Below are positions 1 to 7,876 of a stretch of DNA of 15,532 nt, piece by piece. A model generated the notes under the pieces. It ran no database searches, was not told the origin of the DNA, and saw only the letters and a program-made list of their open reading frames with translations. This DNA is from Candidatus Methylomirabilota bacterium. GTDB taxonomy: Bacteria > Methylomirabilota > Methylomirabilia > Rokubacteriales > CSP1-6. A program made the position numbers and the translations under genes. Location of the stretch: the NCBI GenBank assembly GCA_046726415.1, contig JBKPAK010000150.1, forward strand, positions 1 through 15,532, written 5' to 3'. The stretch's first letter is position 1, and each line of letters begins with the position of its first letter.

Positions 1-567
1 CTGGGTGCGATCCAGCGCTTGAATCTGGCTCTTCTCATCGACGCTCAACACCAGGGCCTTCGCCGGCGGGTTCAGATAGAGGCCGACGATGTCCCGCAGT
101 TTGCTCACGAATTCCGGATCGCGGCTGAGCTTGAAGGTCTCGACCCGGTGGGGCTGCAGACTGTGCGCTTGCCAGATCCGATGCACCGTCGCCGGACTCA
201 CCCGCTGGCGCTTGGCCAACGAGCGGACGCTCCAGTGCGTCGCATCCGCGGGCGTCGTCTGCAGCGTCGCCTTCACGATTGCCTCCACCTTCGCCGGCCC
301 AATGCGCTTCTTGCGCCCTGGCCGCGGCGCATCCCGCAGCAGGCCGGCCACGCCGCCCTCGACGTACCGCTGCCGCCACAACAGCACCGTCGGCCGACTG
401 ATCCCCAGCTCCTTGGCCAACGCATGATTCGGCCGCCCCTCTGCGGCGCGCAAGACCAACTGCGCTCGCAGCGCGACCCGCTGGGGAGTCTTCCCGCTTC
501 GGACCAACGCCTCCAACCACTCCCGATCCTCTTGGCTGACCCGCAGCGCGGGCGCAGGCTTCCACAT
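1..567 (-). CDS. IS630 family transposase, N-terminal part (alternative in-frame ATG at 579); absent from the ORF track because its stop lies outside the window
   Basis: Manual translation: MWKPAPALRVSQEDREWLEALVRSGKTPQRVALRAQLVL...WRQRYVEGGVAGLLRDAPRPGR...ATHWSVRSLAK...TFKLSRDPEFVSKLRDIVGLYLNPPAKALVLSVDEKSQIQALDRTQ. This has the typical IS630 HTHs and the first catalytic DEKS motif. Confidence 0.95.
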   Translation of the reverse strand, partial: MWKPAPALRVSQEDREWLEALVRSGKTPQRVALRAQLVLRAAEGRPNHALAKELGISRPTVLLWRQRYVEGGVAGLLRDAPRPGRKKRIGPAKVEAIVKATLQTTPADATHWSVRSLAKRQRVSPATVHRIWQAHSLQPHRVETFKLSRDPEFVSKLRDIVGLYLNPPAKALVLSVDEKSQIQALDRTQ

Positions 568-624
568 GGCCGGCGGCATAGCCCGGTCCGACCCAATTGT
601 CACTCTATTTCAGAGACATGACAC
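1..624 (-). mobile_element. IS630 family insertion sequence, left part (runs off window start)
   Basis: Transposase ORF below. The minus strand reads TA|GTGTCATGTCTCTGAAATAG from 626, an IS630-like end abutting a TA target dinucleotide (625-626). Confidence 0.85.
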
Positions 625-684
625 TAAGCTTAAGCTGATCACTCCCGCCACGAAGACCACGAACAACAACTGTCTCATTCTCAT
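625..684 (-). pseudogene. 5' end (signal peptide) of a secreted-protein gene interrupted by IS630
   Basis: RBS GGAAGGGAG (701-693), ATG at 684, then MRMRQLLFVVFVAGVISLSL, which ends exactly at the TA of the IS630 end. Confidence 0.6.
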
Positions 685-1402
685 GATGAGCACTCCCTTC
701 CCTACTACTGTTAACCGCTGTCATTGTTGATCCTCAGCTTCACCCTCCCTTCCGGGCCGCTGTAGCCCTTTTGTAGTTGCAGTACCTGAGCTGGCTGCTC
801 AAGTCGCCCAGTGTCGCGGCACAGAAATCGCGAAGCGAGCGCATGCTAGGGAACTCATGGTCTGCTGACGGCCGAGTTCTTCGCCGATCGCTTTGAGCGA
901 GGGGAGGCCTCCTGCGCTCTGAGTAAGAGTAGGAGGAACACACCAAGCGCCGACCAAGTACTAGTTTCCCATTGGTACCCATGCTTCCCTTCATGCGCCG
1001 GTCGCACCCGCAGATCCGATTCGTACGTAGGCCAGTCCTTCAGGTGCTTGACCGACCCGCCACCACCCTCGCGCCTTTCTGTGCGCGCGAGGAGCGAGAC
1101 AGCGCCCTCTTCCTAGCTGCTTTCTCGGGCCCGGGCTTCGAGAGCTGCGTGACAGTGGTGATGATGCCGAGATAGTAGCGGGTTGAGGCGTTCGCACCTC
1201 AGGCGGGATTCGCTGAGCGGCTGTACCGAAACCCGACGACGAACCACACCAGTCTCCTCGGGGCTCGAAACCCCAGACGGTCTGGTTCTCGCGAGGGCAC
1301 TTTGGTAACACAAACGAATGTAGCCGTCAATGAAAAGAGGATCAACAACGAAAACGACTCTGGTGTTGGCAATGCGTATCCTGGATAATTCCTCAACCCG
1401 CG

Positions 1403-1450
1403 CACCGCCCTCATTCTGGGCACTACCACCGCCCACATTCTGGGCACTAC
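1403..1450 (+). repeat. 24-bp tandem duplication, 2 copies, 1 mismatch
   Basis: CACCGCCCTCATTCTGGGCACTAC (1403-1426) / CACCGCCCACATTCTGGGCACTAC (1427-1450). Confidence 0.9.
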
Positions 1451-1818
1451 CGAAACCGTATCGATGAAGACGAGAGGCAGTCCTCCCCGCACCAAGGGTC
1501 TGGCATACGAGCGGATGCCAGGGATAGTGAACGGTGACGGCGCGCCGAAACTGCGCAGTATGTGACTGTTCCGAGGAGAGCCGACAAAGACCATCTTGAC
1601 AACAGCTGGCATTCTCTTTACTCTCGGCCGCGTCTGGAGGGTAGGCACATGATCTTGCGCTCCACGGCCGTCCGTTCGTTTTGGTGCCCGCCCACCTTCC
1701 GCCTTCTCGGTCGCGGCTTGTTCTGACCGGCAGCGCTCATTCCTCGAACCACAAGACTCCTCTCGTTCACGCGAAGACCCAAAGAGCCAATTCCCGGCTC
1801 GGGAGGGAGAGACAGAAA

Positions 1819-3018
1819 TTGCACCATAGGACGGTCGTGTTGACGGCGGTAACAGGCGTTTTCGTCCTGCTGTTTGCGCAATGGCGAATCAACTCGCAGC
1901 CGCTCAGCGCGGCAGATTCGGAGAACTTGACCAATCCGCTGCCGGGTCTGACCGAACGAGACCTGAAAGCTTTTGAAGCAGGTCTTGAAGACTTCATCGA
2001 AGTGGAGACCGTCGAAGATGGCTTGGGCCCGGTGTTCAACGGGAAGAGTTGCGCCGAATGCCATTCCGTGCCGAGCGTAGGCGGGTCGGAGCCTAACGTA
2101 GGCGTGGCGCGTGAGACGCGCATCGGGAGACTGTTCGACGGGGTCTTCGATCCACTCGATGGCTCAGTATCCGTCAATAGAGGCGGTGGACTGCTGCAAC
2201 AGCGCGCCATCAACCTCCCTGGCTGTAGCCTGAACGGGGAGGTGGTGCCTCCCGAAGCCACCTTCGTCTCGCTGCGCAACTCCCCACCGTTGTTTGGCGC
2301 GGGGCTGATGGAGGCCATCCCGGAGGCAACCATTGTGGGGAACGCATTACACAATGGCGGTAGACCCAATCGCGTGTTTAACCCCGACACCGGGGCGACC
2401 GAGCTCGGGCGCTTCGGCTGGAAGGCGCAAGTCGCCACCTTGCGTCAGTTCGCCGGGGACGCGTACCTCAACGAGATGGGCATTACCAACCCCAAATTCC
2501 CAGATGAGAAGTTACCCCACGGCCAGCCGATCCAATGGGGGTGTGACCCGGTTGCTGACCCCGAGGACGACGGCTCTGGCGTTACCGCGTTCACGAACTT
2601 CATGCGGTTTTTGGCCCCAGCGCCTCGGCGTCCCGTCACTGATCAAGTGCGGCAAGGAGAGCGAGTGTTTAGTGAGATTGGGTGCGCCAGTTGCCATGTG
2701 CCCACGATGATGACCGGCGGCCGAAACTCGGTCGCAGCGCTGAGGAACAAACCGGTCAACTTGTTCTCAGACCTACTGCTTCACGACGTAGGCACGGGCG
2801 ATGGGATAGAGCAAGGAGAGGCCAAGGGTAGTGAGTTCCGCACGGCGCCGTTGTGGGGACTATCGCGCCGAGATCGTTTCATGCATGACGGAGGTTCGAA
2901 GAGCATCGCGGACGCTATCCTCCGCCATGGTGGGCAAGCACAGAACGCAGTTAGCGGCTTCGGGAAACTGAGTTCATCCGACCACGATGCGTTGTTGGCC
3001 TTTCTGGGTTCGTTGTAA
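1819..3018 (+). CDS. Di-heme oxidoreductase (DHOR) family exported c-type cytochrome, about 399 aa
   Basis: Two CxxCH motifs (CAECH 2050-2064, CASCH 2683-2697). Family motifs DGLGPVFN, PPLFGAGL, GRFGWKAQ, FSDLLLHD, FRTAPLWG, FMHDG, AILRHGG. TTG at 1819 is preferred over 1681 because GGGAGGGAG (1801-1809) precedes it and a hydrophobic signal segment follows. Confidence 0.9.
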   Translation: MHHRTVVLTAVTGVFVLLFAQWRINSQPLSAADSENLTNPLPGLTERDLKAFEAGLEDFIEVETVEDGLGPVFNGKSCAECHSVPSVGGSEPNVGVARETRIGRLFDGVFDPLDGSVSVNRGGGLLQQRAINLPGCSLNGEVVPPEATFVSLRNSPPLFGAGLMEAIPEATIVGNALHNGGRPNRVFNPDTGATELGRFGWKAQVATLRQFAGDAYLNEMGITNPKFPDEKLPHGQPIQWGCDPVADPEDDGSGVTAFTNFMRFLAPAPRRPVTDQVRQGERVFSEIGCASCHVPTMMTGGRNSVAALRNKPVNLFSDLLLHDVGTGDGIEQGEAKGSEFRTAPLWGLSRRDRFMHDGGSKSIADAILRHGGQAQNAVSGFGKLSSSDHDALLAFLGSL

Positions 3019-3192
3019 CCCTGTGATGCGACGGTACGCCAAGAGGCAGTCGAAACCCCAGCGACACCCCCGAGGGACACTGGTCGTTCTGTGCGGGGCG
3101 GCGCGAGATGCTGGCATGGCTCAAGCGTTACGAATGCTCGGAGGCTGACTCGGGGGACGCATTATTGACCGCCAAGGTATCCCTATCGCTTA

Positions 3193-3399
3193 CTGCTCAG
3201 TAAATCCCGTGAGCGCCGCCGGGCCTCGCGCTCATGCCGCGGGTTCGAGCGTCACGCGATAGCCCTGGCGTTCCAGCAGGTGGATGGCTCGCTGCGTGAC
3301 ACGTTGGCTGTGCTGGCGGTCGTAGTAATCACCGCCGAGGTCACGATAGACCGTACCGTCGGCGAACACATGATAGGCGATCCGCAAGAGGGTGTGGGC
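3193..3399 (-). mobile_element. IS110 family remnant: transposase C-terminus (3399-3232) plus right end
   Basis: The minus strand translates AHTLLRIAYHVFADGTVYRDLGGDYYDRQHSQRVTQRAIHLLERQGYRVTLEPAA*, a characteristic IS110 C-terminus. It is followed by GGGATTTACTGAGCAG, which resembles ends of such elements. Confidence 0.8.
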
Positions 3400-3438
3400 T
3401 AGCTCGGCGCTGGGGCTGACATCAATGGGGACGGGGCC

Positions 3439-3500
3439 TAACAGGCCGTGGTGGAAGTCAGGGCCTGCCAGCCGCCCGTTCTGATCGCGATCAGGGTTGC
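3439..3500 (-). mobile_element. Possible isolated right end of an IS1182-like element
   Basis: Minus strand ...GACTTCCACCACGGCCTG|TTAG translates ...WQALTSTTAC*, like IS1182 transposases that stop at the right IR. Recognition only; no partner IR was found. Confidence 0.4.
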
Positions 3501-3580
3501 GGTTGTGCGACAGGGAAAGGCTTGACGTAGACGTTATGTTAGGCAGCGATCCGCCACTCGCCTTCGTCCTTCAGCCTCCA

Positions 3581-4141
3581 TCAGGCCTGCGTGCAATAGC
3601 GAAGATAGACCATTCCATTAGCAAAACGGCGCTCGTCCAAGAGATCCAGCTTTACCCATACGTTGCTGGGCAGAACCCGCTTGCCGCCGCCAATCATCAT
3701 AGGCACGACGAACAGATGATACTCGTCGACGAGCCCGATCCGGATCGCGTGTGCCGCGAGGGTCGGACCACCCACCGAAACATCGTGAGGCAATTGAGCC
3801 TTCAGGTCGCGAACCACCTGCGGGTCGAATTCCCGCTCGAGACGCGTCTTCGGTGTAGAGACGATCTCCAGCGATTTAGAATAGACGATCTTGTCGGCCG
3901 CTTGCCAGATCCGCGCGAAGTTCAGCATGGCCGACGTCAGACCAGGAATGACGTCTGGTGTCTCCCAAATCGCCGTCGTCTCGTACATCTTGCGTCCATA
4001 TAGATACAAGCCGATGGGGCGAAGAAGATCGTTGATGAAAGCAAATCCCTCCTCGTCCGGCGCCGCCCAATCGGGGCTGCCGGTTTCATCAGCGATGTAG
4101 CCATCCAGCGACGTAGGCGTAGCGTAGATCAGTTTGGCCAT
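3581..4141 (-). CDS. Dihydrofolate reductase-like / RibD C-terminal domain protein, 186 aa
   Basis: MAKLIY...SLDGYIAD, LYGRKMYE, KIVYSKSL, VGGPTLA, GLVDEYHLFVVP, GGGKR, RRFANGMVYLRY. RBS GGAGG 7 nt before the ATG. Confidence 0.92.
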   Translation of the reverse strand: MAKLIYATPTSLDGYIADETGSPDWAAPDEEGFAFINDLLRPIGLYLYGRKMYETTAIWETPDVIPGLTSAMLNFARIWQAADKIVYSKSLEIVSTPKTRLEREFDPQVVRDLKAQLPHDVSVGGPTLAAHAIRIGLVDEYHLFVVPMMIGGGKRVLPSNVWVKLDLLDERRFANGMVYLRYCTQA

Positions 4142-4403
4142 CGTGCAGCCTCCGTATTATCTCAGTAGAAGGCGCCAGTTCTGATTCTCTCCACGGCCGA
4201 TCGGTTCCGTGGTGGTGAGAATGATGCGATATCGTCGATCCCATTTGGCCTAACCGGCACGACCTTTCGACCACCAGAGAAGCGGTCAGAATGTTACTCC
4301 TGGGTGGTCACCTCTTTACCTGCGCCGGTGGTGGGCACCTGCAGCAACGGATCTGCCGATCGAAACGATCGACACAGCTTAGATCTCGTACTACACTGCG
4401 CCC

Positions 4404-5672
4404 ATGTCGATGGGCAAACGGAAACGCGATCGCCAGCCAGCGATGTGGGTCACAGCGACGCAATTGCCGACGTCGGCCAGTCATCCATTCTACCGGCGCC
4501 TGAATGAGCTGCTGCGCGAGCACGGATTCGATGATTTCGTCGAAGGCCAATGCGCCAGCTTCTACGCGGAGACGCTGGGTCGCCCGGGCTTGCCGCCCGG
4601 CATCTACTTCCGGCTGCTGTTGATCGGGTACTTCGAAGGCATTGACTCGGAGCGCGGCATCGCTTGGCGTGCGGCCGATTCGTTGGCGCTGCGGGATTTC
4701 CTAGGCGTCGGCCTGGAAGACGACCCACCGGATCATTCGACGATTTCGCGGACTCGGCGCCTGACCGCGCTCGAGACGCATCGGGCGGTCGTTACATGGG
4801 TGCTGCAGTGCCTCGGGGCCGCAGGGTTGGTCAAGGGAAAAACGATTGGTATCGACGCCACGACGCTGGAAGCCAATGCCGCGTTGCGCACCATCGTCCG
4901 ACGCGACACGGGCGAGGGCTACGAGGAGTTCTTGACGAAGCTTGCCAAGGCGTCGGGCATTGGGACGCCGACACGCGCCGATCTGGCGCGGATCGATCGC
5001 AAGCGCAAGAAAAAGGGATCGAACGATGAGTGGAGACATCCGCACGATCCCGACGCGAAGATCACGAAGATGAAGGACGGCCGAACGCACCTGGCACACA
5101 AGGCCGAGCACGCGATTGATCTCGAGACGGGCGCGATCGTCGGCGCCACGGTGCAGGGCGCCGACCAGGGCGACACGACCACGATTCAGGAAACGCTCCC
5201 GGAGGCCGCTGAGCAACTCGAAGCGGTTGCCGAGGTCACCAAACGCGCGGTCGCGGTGATTGAGGAAGTCGTCGCCGACAAGGGGTACCACAGCCGCGAG
5301 ACGGTCCACGATCTGGAGACGCTGGAGATTCGCACGTACATCAGCGAACCCGATCGCGGGCCGCAATCATGGACCGACCAACACGCCGAACGTGACGCCG
5401 TGTATGCGAGTCGCCGTCGCATCCGAGGCGCTCGCGGAAAACGCCTCCTTCGACGACGCGGGGAATTGCTCGAACGCCCCTGCGCCCATTTGTACGAGAC
5501 TGGTAGGCTGCGGCGCACTCACGTCCGCGGCCATGCAAACGTGCTGAAGCGGCTGCTGATACACGCGAGCGCGTTCAATCTGGGACTCTGGATGCGAAAA
5601 CTATTCGGGATCGGTTATTACGCGCGCTCGGGGAAAATCGCAGCGTCGAACCCTTACCCGAGCCGAGCCTGA
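4404..5672 (+). CDS. IS1182 family DDE transposase, probably 3'-truncated near 5615
   Basis: DUF772-like N-terminus (GRPGLPPGIYFRLLLIGYFEGIDSERGIAW...PPDHSTISRTRR) and DDE motifs IDATTLEANA, VADKGY, LLERPCAH. After LFGIG the frame runs into the antisense of an HTH gene; no right IR is visible. Confidence 0.9.
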   Translation: MSMGKRKRDRQPAMWVTATQLPTSASHPFYRRLNELLREHGFDDFVEGQCASFYAETLGRPGLPPGIYFRLLLIGYFEGIDSERGIAWRAADSLALRDFLGVGLEDDPPDHSTISRTRRLTALETHRAVVTWVLQCLGAAGLVKGKTIGIDATTLEANAALRTIVRRDTGEGYEEFLTKLAKASGIGTPTRADLARIDRKRKKKGSNDEWRHPHDPDAKITKMKDGRTHLAHKAEHAIDLETGAIVGATVQGADQGDTTTIQETLPEAAEQLEAVAEVTKRAVAVIEEVVADKGYHSRETVHDLETLEIRTYISEPDRGPQSWTDQHAERDAVYASRRRIRGARGKRLLRRRGELLERPCAHLYETGRLRRTHVRGHANVLKRLLIHASAFNLGLWMRKLFGIGYYARSGKIAASNPYPSRA

Positions 5673-5760
5673 TCTGAGGCATGGTGCTGTCCTCGGCGGC
5701 CCACCTGTAGATTGACTTAGGCGACACCCTCACCTCGTCCGCGAGTTCTACTGGCGTCAT
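5575..5760 (-). pseudogene. Excisionase-like helix-turn-helix DNA-binding protein, truncated at the IS1182 junction (about 5616)
   Basis: MTPVELADEVRVSPKSIYRWAAEDSTMPQIRLGSGKGSTLRF fits the HTH_17/Xis pattern (T..E.A...VS...IYRW.....P...L.....RF). The last residues are antisense transposase sequence. Confidence 0.7.
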
Positions 5761-5859
5761 ATAAGCGGGGACGCACGAGGTGGTCGACTGTGAGGCCTCC
5801 CGTGCCAGTTGGCGTTGCCTGGACGTGGCGAGTGAGGGACCTATTCGCGAGACTGAGGA

Positions 5860-6000
5860 CGACCTGCCAACGCCGGCGGCTCGATAGGTCAGAGCGCAAC
5901 CTTCTCTAGGGGCGAGTGTGTTCGCGCGGGGTGATAGTACGTGAAGCGGCGGATCAGGATGCGGCGCAGGCGGCGTTCGTCCCAGGACGAGAATGTGGTC
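5860..6000 (-). pseudogene. Degenerate C-terminal fragment of an integrase-core-domain transposase
   Basis: DHILVLG, a frameshift, then ERRLRRILIRRFTYYHPARTHSPLEK...PIEPP. This resembles the DH.IVL.E.HLRR.L..Y..YY...RTH..L.K tail of rve-type transposases. Confidence 0.65.
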
Positions 6001-6853
6001 CTAATCGCTTGCCTGGCAGACGGCAGTCCGCTCGTCTCTCGACAGCTCGGGCTGCCACCCTTCGCGCGGACTGTCGCTGCTGCAGGTCGCGGCACGAAGC
6101 CGCCATCCCGTCGGGATCTTGCGCTCCAGCCACCAGGCCTGGCCGCCGGCACCCTTCAGCACCTCGGGCACGGCGAACGCGAAGCCCGTGACGCTTTCCA
6201 CCACGTCAATGCGCGCAACGAACTGCTGAAAGACGGCGTTCATCGCGGTGTGCGTGTGGGGAACGAGAAAGGCGATCGCCCGGTCTTCCTCTCCGTCGCG
6301 GCCCGGCCGGAAAATCACCTTGTAGAAGCCAGTCGGCTTCACGACCTTGCCCGGCAGACCGCTGGCGCCCGGCTTCAGCCGCTGGCCCGTGCGGACGATC
6401 GTCTGCCTGTCGACGATGCCGTCGCAGATGACGTTGAACTTGCCTGCGGGGAAGGTGGTGAACAACGTTCCTGTCACGACTTGGATCGGTCCCTCCGTCA
6501 CTGCCCAGAAGAGGACCTGCTCCTCCAGCTTGGCCCAGAGTCCGCGGTTGAGCGCCGCCAGTTGCGGCGCCATGTTAGCCATCGTGAAAGTCTTGTACGC
6601 GCCGCAGATATGCCAGCTGAACGACTGGTTCGGCGCGAGATGTCCGCGGTCGTGGCCGGTAGTGCCAAAGGCACCTATAAACCGCACCCGAATTCCTTGG
6701 ACACCATCCTGACTAACCCGAAGATGGTGACCAAGTAATTCGGGTGCGGTTTATGGTCACGCTGATGGCCAGGACCAGGGCAAGGCCGAGGAGTCTCAGG
6801 ACAATCGACGGCGTATCAATCCGGTAATAGCGGCGGGCGGCGAGGCGAGTCAT
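6001..6853 (-). pseudogene. Secreted DNA/RNA non-specific endonuclease (His-Me finger, NucA/EndoG type), split by a hairpin element
   Basis: 6676-6001 encodes DRGHLAP, TFTMANMAPQ...LNRGLWAKLE, VVTG, PTGFYKV, IAFLVP, IDVVESVTG. 6853-6755 encodes a signal-like MTRLAARRYYRIDTPSIVLRLLGLALVLAISVT in another frame. The ORF-track start at 6687 lies inside the hairpin. Confidence 0.85.
6677..6754. repeat. 78-bp hairpin: 32-bp inverted repeat (30/32) with 14-nt loop; MITE-like or joined IS ends
   Basis: ATAAACCGCACCCGAATTCCTTGGACACCATC (6677-6708) versus the reverse complement of 6723-6754, ATAAACCGCACCCGAATTACTTGGTCACCATC. Confidence 0.95.
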
Positions 6854-7445
6854 GTCAGCCCCCAGCGCACGAACGTTCACTACATTCAACGACAATCCTG
6901 CTCCGTTCGGACGGGTAAAGTCGCGGCGCTTTGTTCCAATGTCGCGATGCAAATTAGGTAGCTATTGAACGCAATGCTCTTCTGGTTGGACCAGCTTTCC
7001 GTTGATACAGGGGGAGCGGCACCACGAAAAGGGTGGACCTCTAGGGTGGAACGGGGAGCAGCCCGACGGAAGGAGGGTGCCGGGCGTGGCGAACTGCTTG
7101 GGCCGGTCGTGACCAGTGATGCAAGATCAGGCCGCCCGGCGATGTAGCGATGATGCGGCTGGTCGATCGCGAACATCAATTCGCGATCCGCCGCGCCGTC
7201 CACGCCCTCAGCAGCATGAGCTTGTCGAGCGCTCATCCGTCTGCGGTGTCGGGCCGTGCCCCATCCGACGGCCGACCACGCGCCGGGTGATTCTGTCGAG
7301 CCTGATCCAAGCGGCTAGCGGGTCGAGTGAGACTCCCAGAAAGCTGGGCAGGGTCGATCCGCGGCCTTCTGGTTGTCATCGTGACAGGATTCTGGGCACA
7401 GGAAGAACGGTCAGACCATCACGAGGTCATTGCCGGCAAAATCGC

Positions 7446-7475
7446 TTGACAAAGTGAATGCGTATCCCCTAGCTT
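7446..7475 (+). promoter_or_regulatory. Possible sigma70 promoter with no convincing downstream CDS
   Basis: TTGACA (7446-7451), 18-nt spacer, TAGCTT (7470-7475). Confidence 0.3.
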
Positions 7476-7797
7476 CGTCGCCACCTTTCTGACAGGTTCT
7501 TCTGAGGGCTGGATGTGACCTTCCGAATCCTTTCCGCGCCCCTGGATGCCGCTCTCGATCTCCAAACACCGGTGGCTCTGGAGAAGTCCGTGCATGCGGC
7601 CTGCCTGCAACGCTGGGAACCCGCCTTGCGATGCTAGGCTGCCTCAACTCGTGGACCGTCAGGGCGGTGATGCGACGGTGTGTCATTTTTCAGGATCATT
7701 CCGCCAGGGGTATTCAGAAACATCCCGCCACGCCGGCGGTCTCGAGTCGTCTTCTTACGGCCGAGACGTAGGTGTCGATCGCCGAGGCCAGCGATGT

Positions 7798-7876
7798 CTC
7801 GCCTTCGGATATGGCGCCCTTCATCCGAGCGCCAGCGGGACTTCAACCCGCCTGAACACGTCGCTGCCCAGCGCAC
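7798..7876 (-). mobile_element. 5' end fragment of a group II intron (inner)
   Basis: Starts with the GUGYG consensus: GTGCGCTGGGCAGCGACGTGTTCAGGCGGGTTGAAGTCCCGCTGGCGCTCGGATGAAGGGCGCCATATCCGAAGGCGAG, including the domain-I-like GCGGG-TTGAAGT-CCCGC hairpin. Confidence 0.7.

Noticed and set aside
19..621. 200-aa plus-strand ORF and other long shadow ORFs (3497..4003, 4701..5366, 5941..6738, 10781..11872, 11936..13096, 13469..14239, 14750..15142)
   Set aside because: Antisense shadows of real high-GC genes, with no motifs of their own.
740..994. 84-aa minus-strand ORF
   Set aside because: No recognisable domain, and composition is typical of non-coding translation.
1080..1200. c-di-GMP-I riboswitch-like 3' segment (GTAGCGGGTT)
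   Set aside because: The required upstream GGCAAA...GAAA...GACGCAAA elements are absent.
3407..3422. GCGCTGGGGCTGACAT resembling minus-strand 6867-6852
   Set aside because: Short, GC-rich, needs an indel and has no extended similarity; compatible with chance.
3581..4141. Trimethoprim-resistance dfr or folA call
   Set aside because: The sequence fits the RibD-C/DHFR-like family and lacks the IG....LPW motif of true FolA/DfrA enzymes.
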